DNA of 64,000 nucleotides from an uncultured Rivularia sp. (GTDB lineage Bacteria > Cyanobacteriota > Cyanobacteriia > Cyanobacteriales > Nostocaceae), in the NCBI GenBank assembly GCA_963665115.1, contig OY762007.1, positions 2,368,001-2,432,000 on the forward strand, written 5' to 3'. Positions within the stretch are counted from its first letter, which is position 1, and every line of letters starts with the position of its first letter. The position numbers were made by a program, and so were the translations under genes. Below, in pieces: positions 57,701 through 64,000 of the stretch. The notes beneath the pieces are model-generated. The model worked only from the letters and a program-made list of their open reading frames with translations. It was not told the origin of the DNA and searched no databases.

Positions 57701-60141
57701 CCTTTATCTGTTAAAACCCGCTTCAACTCAGCAATTTTATCGGTAGCACCTGCCAAAACTCCCTGCTTGGGAGAATTGTAGTTAGCAAGTTTAATTTCGG
57801 GAAAATCAGCCAGTATATCTTTAACTTTGGCTACATCACCCTTAACTGCGAGCATTGCTCCCATATCTTGGCTAGAATCGGTGGGTTTCGCCATCGCTTG
57901 CCCCCGCTCTTTCACCAAATAGAAGTAATCTTCATCATTAAGGACTTCCGCTGCCCATAATGCGGTGAGTTCGCCAAAACTATGTCCGGCAACAATATCT
58001 GGTTTGAAACCAGCTTGTTGTAAAACCTTATATAATCCGACGCTAAATGCACCAATCGCCGGTTGAGATACTTCGGTTTGTTGTAAAGCTTGGGTTTGTG
58101 CTTGTTTTTGAGCGGCATCAAACACCGGCGCGGGAAATACTTTTTCGGAAATAGGTGATAAACCCGATTTACAAAACAAGCGATCGACTTGATGATAAGT
58201 TTGCTGCAATACCGGAAAGTTCATTACCACTTCCCGTCCCATTTCTGGATATTGCGAACCTTGCCCGGAAAATAGAGCTACTACTTTTCCTTGCAACTCC
58301 ATCCCTTGCTTGCGGTAATAGACTCCTTGGGGAAGCTCCCAATTTTCTGCTTCAGGCTGTTTCTTAAACCAATTTATAGATAGCTGTAATTTTTTGATTG
58401 ACTCAGCTACCGAGTCAGCAACGAATCCCAATCTAGCTGCTGTTAACGGGATTTCCGCCGATTTACTTTTAGAGACTAACTCTTTAAAATAATTCTCTGC
58501 CTTATCTGATTTCAATTCAATCAAAGCAGATTCGCATTCTTGCAATAACTGTTCCGGTGAAGTTGCAGATAGCAGAATCTCTTGGGGAGTGCGATGAATG
58601 CGAAATTGCTCGCTCTGATTGCAATACTCTTCTAAGACAATATGATAGTTAGTCCCACCGAAGCCAAAAGAGCTAACACCAGCACGTCGAGGTGTTTCAC
58701 CTGTTTGCAACCAAGGACGAGTTTGTGTATTTAAATAAAACGGTGAAGATTCAATTTCTAACTTAGGATTTGGTTTAGTAACATTAATAGTCGGCGGCAA
58801 AACCTTATGATGCAAAGCCAAAGCTGTTTTAATCAAACTTGCTGCTCCGGCTGCCGCTTTAGTATGCCCAATTTGAGATTTAACGCTACCCAAAGCAACA
58901 GACTGCTGCGACAAATTATCTTTACTAAATACAGCTTTCAGCGCTGCGAATTCTGCCGGATCTCCAGCCATTGTCCCCGTACCGTGGGCTTCAACTAAAC
59001 CAACGGTTTCTGGTGTAAATCCAGCTCGCTCGTAGGCACGTTCCAAAGCCTTCATCTGCCCTTCGGCGCGAGGAGCGTAAATACTTTTATGCCTTCCATC
59101 GCTGGAAGTTCCAATACCTCGAATTACCGCATATATTTTATCGCCATCGCGCTCGGCATCTTCCAAACGCTTAAGCAACATCATGCCAATCCCCTCACCC
59201 AACATCATTCCGTTAGACTCAGCATCAAACGGTTTAACGTTTTCTCCAGGTGAGACAGCCGGGGTTTTGCTGAAACACATATAGGCAAGAATAGAGTTGT
59301 CGGTGTCAACTCCACCCGTAAGCATCATATCGGCACGGCGATCGGCTAATTCACCGATCGCCATTGACAACGCACCCAAGGAACTGGCACAAGCAGCATC
59401 CACAACGCAATTAGTTCCGCCAAAATCAAAGCGGTTAGCAATTCTTCCGGTAACAATATTCGCTAGCATTCCCGGAAAAGCGTTGGTATCCCAGTTAATA
59501 TAAGCGCTTTTAATTTTTTCAATAATATCTTGTGTATCTTCGTCAGACAAACCCTGACTTTTGAGAACTTTCTCCCAAACGGGATACTGCAATCTTGCAG
59601 CCAAAGGCACGCTCAACTGTCTTGCTAAAGCTACCCCCAAAACTACCCCAGTGCGTTCGTGATTAAACCCACTATCGGAATCATAACCGGCATCGCAAAG
59701 TGCCTGTTTTGCCACAACCAAAGCTAGCAACTGCGAGATATCAGTTACCTCTAACTGATTCGGAGGTAGTCCAAATTCCATCGGGTTAAAGTCAATGTCG
59801 GGAATAAACCCGCCTCTTTTACAGTAAGTTTTATCAGGTGCTTTCGGGTCGGGGTCGTAATAATCCTCAACATTCCACCGCGATGGCGGAACATCGGTAA
59901 TGCAGTCCTCACCCGCGATAATTTTTTCCCAATATTCTTGTAAGTTCTTTGTTTGCGGAAACAGCGAACCCATACCAATAATCGCTATGGGAGTTTGTTG
60001 TAATTGTGTATTAGTCCGATCAATTTTTACTGATTCAGAAGTCATATTTTTTACTTTAATTAAGTCTCGTATTGCTTGTTCGCAATTGTCAATTTCTTTG
60101 TGAAACTGAGCTAAAGCAGCGCCAATTTTGTTAGTTAACAT
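54793..60141 (-). CDS. hglE: Iterative PfaA-like PKS (KS-AT-ACP-ACP-KR structural subdomain), HglE-like
   Basis: DAACASS, EAHGTGT, GHTKAAAG, GHSFG, two LGIDSIKRVEI ACPs; ATG 60141 preferred. Confidence 0.92.
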   Translation of the reverse strand: MLTNKIGAALAQFHKEIDNCEQAIRDLIKVKNMTSESVKIDRTNTQLQQTPIAIIGMGSLFPQTKNLQEYWEKIIAGEDCITDVPPSRWNVEDYYDPDPKAPDKTYCKRGGFIPDIDFNPMEFGLPPNQLEVTDISQLLALVVAKQALCDAGYDSDSGFNHERTGVVLGVALARQLSVPLAARLQYPVWEKVLKSQGLSDEDTQDIIEKIKSAYINWDTNAFPGMLANIVTGRIANRFDFGGTNCVVDAACASSLGALSMAIGELADRRADMMLTGGVDTDNSILAYMCFSKTPAVSPGENVKPFDAESNGMMLGEGIGMMLLKRLEDAERDGDKIYAVIRGIGTSSDGRHKSIYAPRAEGQMKALERAYERAGFTPETVGLVEAHGTGTMAGDPAEFAALKAVFSKDNLSQQSVALGSVKSQIGHTKAAAGAASLIKTALALHHKVLPPTINVTKPNPKLEIESSPFYLNTQTRPWLQTGETPRRAGVSSFGFGGTNYHIVLEEYCNQSEQFRIHRTPQEILLSATSPEQLLQECESALIELKSDKAENYFKELVSKSKSAEIPLTAARLGFVADSVAESIKKLQLSINWFKKQPEAENWELPQGVYYRKQGMELQGKVVALFSGQGSQYPEMGREVVMNFPVLQQTYHQVDRLFCKSGLSPISEKVFPAPVFDAAQKQAQTQALQQTEVSQPAIGAFSVGLYKVLQQAGFKPDIVAGHSFGELTALWAAEVLNDEDYFYLVKERGQAMAKPTDSSQDMGAMLAVKGDVAKVKDILADFPEIKLANYNSPKQGVLAGATDKIAELKRVLTDKGFSAISLPVSGAFHTPLIARAEKPFSKAIGEVTFNTPKIPIYTNTTATLYPQEPEAIRKNLQAHISNSVLFEQEIENIYDKGGYCFVEFGPRSILTNLVGEILGSRPHMAIALNGSRQKDSDSQLREAVVQLRVAGLVLANLDPHQLELNLPEVKPNKALSVTLGCHNYVSDKTASAFTKALENGNGALGIGHRASGIGHEASGNGNGNKNGSSRNGGLFTANGESTPVRRFPPLKGVVNPEGNGHSSNGNGNGTQNRGLVTSANGNSGNGHLEKVKAVSAMKSSTAVREKLPVEQTMTLMKGNSQQQNEQSITTAVVNRKLVSENKPESALPNSELIASIESSIEQFNQTQSQTLEVHGQYLNNQQEYIQASFQLMQQQSTLFSNIAQSGKTQPVEQIIESVERSMMQVHKHQADTLQIHQQYLRSQVESTGKFYQLTQQGYSHLVENDSSQPSVAHQEVFLDSEVTKLAGSEEQSVNQYLPVTATVPEVKQNPPKIDAQKVEVENNPQKIDFETLSRELLAVVSDKTGYPSEMLELEMDIEADLGIDSIKRVEIIGALQEQVPDLPQPNLEEMAEVELRTLGQIVDYMRGLAEGGTESTQNLTENLTPQPPSPQGNGENEENSQPLSLHERSMERGFQNVIDSETLSRELLAVVSDKTGYPSEMLELEMDIEADLGIDSIKRVEIIGALQEQVPDLPQPNLEEMAEVELRTLGQIVDYMQSLTTETEKKKQSRGVDDGQPELKHNIKRALVHQKFLPPPDRLDFDLPAKHICLLTDDGSQLTSELAQSLQHQGWKVVVLCFPQLATKSSLPEGIERVMLENGSDEQIKTQLAAIQANYGQIATFVHLNPAEHQDAAIIKQVFFLAKHLKTSLTKAAKLGRSCFITVTRLDGELGCSGKNEINPVNGGLFGLTKSLKWEWQSVFCRAIDINPELDNTTATQHIIAELHDPNRLISEVGYGARRMTVSS

Positions 60142-60941
60142 TTGGCATGAAGTTATTTTCAATACCTTAATCTATAAAGTTGTCAAAAGCTTGTTTTTTT
60201 ACCAATTAAAATCATTAAAAATGATAAAAGAGTGCGAATAGGAAGTATCAATTTAAATAATTTATTGATAACACTACTAACTATAACTTTGATGGCAAGT
60301 ACATAAACCCTGTTGCAATTATTCTCGCTATCTCACGACATGGAAAAATACAATGTTTTCCCAATCACTCTAGTAATAGAACGATAATACAGCTTGTACA
60401 AGTCACTTCTTCACAGTAGCTGATTTGAGGTCACACAAATATGCTATACCCTAAGTAATATCTTTTTACACAAAGTTACAAAAATGACGCATGCGATACA
60501 TTCCATATCTAGAATAACGATATAATTTAGTATCTATTATGTAAAGGGAAGTCTAGGTGTTTTTGATTGCGATTGAACCCCAAAACCCCTATTAATATGT
60601 TGAAAAGGTCTACCGAGATGCTGCTGAGAATGCTGCAAAATATCAGTTGAACAATAGCTTAAATAACAATTACAGGATTACAATCTGACGGCGAATGCTT
60701 CTAAAAGTGAGACAGATTTGATAGAAGTTCCTTTGTTTCGTTGGGTAATATTAGTTTACGAAACGTGCGTTCACCTGTTTTCAGCAAAGCCTTCTTTATT
60801 TTTTATGCAAAAGTTTCTCCGAACGCCTGTAAATTAAAATTGGTTAATACAAGTAATTAATAAGAACTTTATAGAAATCAACTCTAAGGTAGTAAAAAAA
60901 CCATACCTAAGAAAGATATGTAATTCAAAATTAAATAGATG

Positions 60942-60974
60942 GTATCTGTAAATACAAAGTGTAACTTGAATTAC
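60942..60974. promoter_or_regulatory. Two tandem NtcA-like boxes
   Basis: GTATCTGTAAATAC (60942-60955) and GTAACTTGAATTAC (60961-60974), both GTA-N8-TAC. Confidence 0.3.
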
Positions 60975-61590
60975 CTGCGACAATTTTTTAGCTATTTTCA
61001 CTGTTGAAATAAAATTATCAGAATTCAAGTTATTAAATGTTGACATTAATACGTTAAGATATATTTTTTTTAGTCAAAAATGCTACATACTTTTTTCTGT
61101 TGATTATCTAAATACAATCAATCTTTGAACCGACCTGATTCTTGCATGGTGGATTTTTTCAAGGTATGCAATTAATTCTATTTTTAAATAGTTAATGAAA
61201 CTTAGCTGTAAAAAATACCACCTATATAAGATTAGTTGTTGATTATTGATGTGCATCTAAATAAGAAAGAGCTTGTTTGTATTATTTCTGATGTGTATAC
61301 TGTGAGGAATTAAATAATTGCTAATTAAAATGTTTACCTAAAAGTAAAGTGAAATATTCAGATGAAAAAGAAATAATCCGCAATAACTACAATAACTACT
61401 TCTGAATAGGTTCGATCGCGTGCAAAAATTCCTTTTATACATACACTTGATTTTGAAAAAACCACAGTGGAGCAATAAGCATATTAAATTATGCATATAA
61501 TTACGCTTAATTACGGCGATATTGTTTTTGCCTATGATTCATGCATATTTAAATATCAAGTAAATGGTTCTTACTCTAAAGCGATAAGCA

Positions 61591-62469
61591 ATGAGTGAAT
61601 TTAACCGAGATTATCAGGTAATGCGCTCAGTTAGTTTGTTACAAAACAATCAACAACGTCCTCGCTGTGTAATAGATCCAGCCCTCGCCTTATCACCTTC
61701 CGGACTGCTTCTGTACAGAAACTTGGGAGAAGCAATGGAATTATGGGTGGTACGAGAACTCTGGTATATTCTCGACAACATCAATCTTTATTTGCAAAGG
61801 CCGGAGTTAGTTGTTCCCGGAATTAACGCTTCGGAGAAAACGCTATCTGAGAAGCGCACTTCCTTAGAAGAAACGCTTTGGAGTTTAAAAGAATGGGAAA
61901 GAGTACGAGGAGAAGTAGACTTAAGCCGCTTAAATCTATTCTGGCTCGGAGATAACCTCCGCGAATCATTGATTCCTAAAGATAGAGAACCAGGCATTTT
62001 TTCATATTGGGAATTTTTAGCACGTTCATTAGATAATCAAATAGATCCGCTGCCAACTAATGATGTTTTAACATTAGCTTTTCGAGATGCGGTAGCACTT
62101 TTAGCTAGCTTGGGGTCTGCGTTTATTCTCACCTATCAATTGCCTTCAGACTATGACAACAATCTTCCTCCAGACATATGCAAAACTCTGGAAACTTGGA
62201 ATATACCTTGTAGATATTTGACAAAAGAAGACCCGGTTGTTATTCTCGAACGCGAATATTTACATGAGTTAATTACTAATACTGGATTAGCTAAACCTTT
62301 TTTGGCTGATATGCATATTGTGATTCTGCGCTTAGTAATTCCTCATGGTTTACCTGATGAATTGAAAAACGATCTAGGAACTAAGAGATTTTCTTCTCAA
62401 GAAATACAATATTTTGAACCAGAAAATTATCTTTGGACAAACATCGAAGCATTCTGGTACCAGCTTTAG
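61591..62469 (+). CDS. Hypothetical protein (possible PIN-like fold)
   Basis: 292 aa ORF; CVIDPALAL, LWVVRELW, AFRDAVALL. Confidence 0.7.
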   Translation: MSEFNRDYQVMRSVSLLQNNQQRPRCVIDPALALSPSGLLLYRNLGEAMELWVVRELWYILDNINLYLQRPELVVPGINASEKTLSEKRTSLEETLWSLKEWERVRGEVDLSRLNLFWLGDNLRESLIPKDREPGIFSYWEFLARSLDNQIDPLPTNDVLTLAFRDAVALLASLGSAFILTYQLPSDYDNNLPPDICKTLETWNIPCRYLTKEDPVVILEREYLHELITNTGLAKPFLADMHIVILRLVIPHGLPDELKNDLGTKRFSSQEIQYFEPENYLWTNIEAFWYQL

Positions 62470-62505
62470 CGTTCGCAAATACTTTTGTAATTTGACAGGA
62501 ATTAT

Positions 62506-62994
62506 ATGAATAATTTTGAAGACCCTAACAAAGCTTGTCTTCAAGCATTAGCTCAATCTATTGGATTAGGAGTTTTAGGGGAATTTAACCTGCAAGGCTT
62601 CAAATATATGATTGTTTCATTTGGAAACTGCTCGGAAGACTATGCAGAACATGACATGATTCCATCTGAAGAAGCTGATTACTATTGGGTGGTTGGGCGG
62701 ATTGAAATTCAAAATCAATACTGTTTAATTATCAAAGCGAAAGATACATTTAAGGTTGCAGAGCCGACTGTAACAGATTTATTAACCGCACGAGAGTTGC
62801 AAATAGCTGCTTTCGTGGCATTAGGTTACTCAAATAAACAGATTGGTAATCGATTGCAAATCAGTGAATGGACGGTTTCAACACACTTGCGAAGAACTTT
62901 CATCAAACTTGGAGTCGATAGTCGTGCTGCTATGGTTTACCGTTGTGCCCCATTGATTAACTTTATCTTGCAAACAGAAGCCCAAGTTGGATAG
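62506..62994 (+). CDS. LuxR-type HTH regulator without a receiver domain
   Basis: LTARELQIA...GYSNKQIG..LQISEWTVSTHLRRTFIKLGVDSRA. Confidence 0.88.
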   Translation: MNNFEDPNKACLQALAQSIGLGVLGEFNLQGFKYMIVSFGNCSEDYAEHDMIPSEEADYYWVVGRIEIQNQYCLIIKAKDTFKVAEPTVTDLLTARELQIAAFVALGYSNKQIGNRLQISEWTVSTHLRRTFIKLGVDSRAAMVYRCAPLINFILQTEAQVG

Positions 62995-63301
62995 TTAAAG
63001 AAGGCATACTTCACCAATAGGCGGAACGTCAAGGTTTGAGAAGACAATAGGAAACATATTTGGGCGTTTTTCCATTTTCATTCACATATCATTGCAGGCG
63101 ATCGCTCATTAAAGTTCCTTAAGTAAACTATTTGTTTGCAGATATAGTTTGTTTTTAGTAGCGAAAGTTATATTTTTAGTTATTCTATGTTGTGCGGCAT
63201 TAAATAGTCGTAGAAGAGAGAACGGGGAAAGAAAACGGTATTAGTAAATTCAGTAAATAATGTGAGTTTTGTAGCTGATAATAATTAATGGGACAGACCA
63301 G

Positions 63302-63440
63302 TAGTGGGTCGTCTACTAAATTAATTTTGAGGAGTAATAAAAATGTAGTGCGAGCATCTTGCTCGCTGGTTGTCACGAGGGAGCGTCTCGCTCCCACTAC
63401 GAATGTTTTACCCCGCAAAACTAATGTGAATTAGTAGTAG
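63302..63440. mobile_element. MITE with IS630-like TIRs and internal REP-like palindromes
   Basis: AATTAATTTTGAGGAGTAA / TTACCCCGCAAAACTAATGTG inverted pair; internal GCGAGCATCTTGCTCGC; ends approximate. Confidence 0.6.
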
Positions 63441-63570
63441 TAGTAGTTGATTGCATAAATTCTGATGGGTGTATAGAAAAAATAAAAGATTATTCTACCC
63501 CCTCTACCCTCTCTTCCCCCTCTTCCCCCTCCCCATCTTTACCCGTCAGAACAAATGAAAAGGACTAGTA
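63441..63570. mobile_element. Second MITE-like element between the first MITE and IS630 copy 2
   Basis: TTCTGATGGGT / ACCCGTCAGAA inverted pair, TAGTAG junctions; ends approximate. Confidence 0.5.
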
Positions 63571-64000
63571 GTACTTCACCACATTAATTTTGCGGGGTAC
63601 ACGGCTGTGCGATCGCCGAGTCGCATATTGACTGTGGATTATTTTTACAGCTATCATCTTGAAGTTCAATTTTTGGATATAGTTTATTCAATTTAACGCG
63701 AGCATTTGAGGTTGTAAATTGCCAAGAAACAGTCGTTTTCTCTTGATTTCTTACCTCCTCCCATGCAGCAATTTCGTCTTTTATAATGTCTTGACTTGGA
63801 ATTCGCCTATTTAAGCATTGACGAGAAAGAATTGATAATTCAATTTCTGCCATATTTAACCAACTACCGTGCTTGGGAGTATAATGAAACTCTAATTTAT
63901 TCAAGATTCTTCTTGCTTCAGTCGGTTCAAATGCTTTATACAAAGATGCTGGACTATGAGTATTTAAGTTATCCATAACTACTGTTATTACCTCAGAATT
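63571..64000 (-). mobile_element. IS630 copy 2 (right end and 3' part of the transposase; truncated by the window)
   Basis: TIR at 63571-63617; ORF 63584-63976 is a diverged homolog of 3957-4667. Confidence 0.92.

Noticed and set aside
60834..61046. 70 aa ORF in the hglE upstream region
   Set aside because: Low-complexity AT-rich ORF with no motif; likely spurious

Overview
64 kb from an AT-rich filamentous heterocyst-forming cyanobacterium, probably Rivularia/Calothrix-like (frequent HIP1 GCGATCGC sites, heptameric STRR repeats, hgl genes). Main content: two NACHT/STAND proteins; two divergent IS630 copies with adjacent MITE-like elements; a PAS histidine kinase; an AraC/SDR module; a TIGR04283-like glycosyltransferase-DedA-flavoprotein reductase cluster; an LRV-repeat gene plus a tandem NuiA-like gene; MarR-crtQa; a GC-rich bioA; an osmoprotectant ABC transporter; a copper radical oxidase followed by a Tat-signal protein; an internally deleted IS605-type (tnpA/tnpB) element inside an M23 peptidase gene; an RNA ligase + HD-Pnk RNA-repair pair split by a ~335 bp tandem array and preceded by a long hairpin; and an ~18.6 kb non-canonical heterocyst-glycolipid-like PKS cluster (hglE-hglG-hglC-hglA-hglB-GT2-devBCA) opposite a hypothetical/LuxR pair. 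Eight genes carry single-base insertions in short homopolymer runs, most likely assembly errors. All homology calls come from motif recognition; no searches were run.
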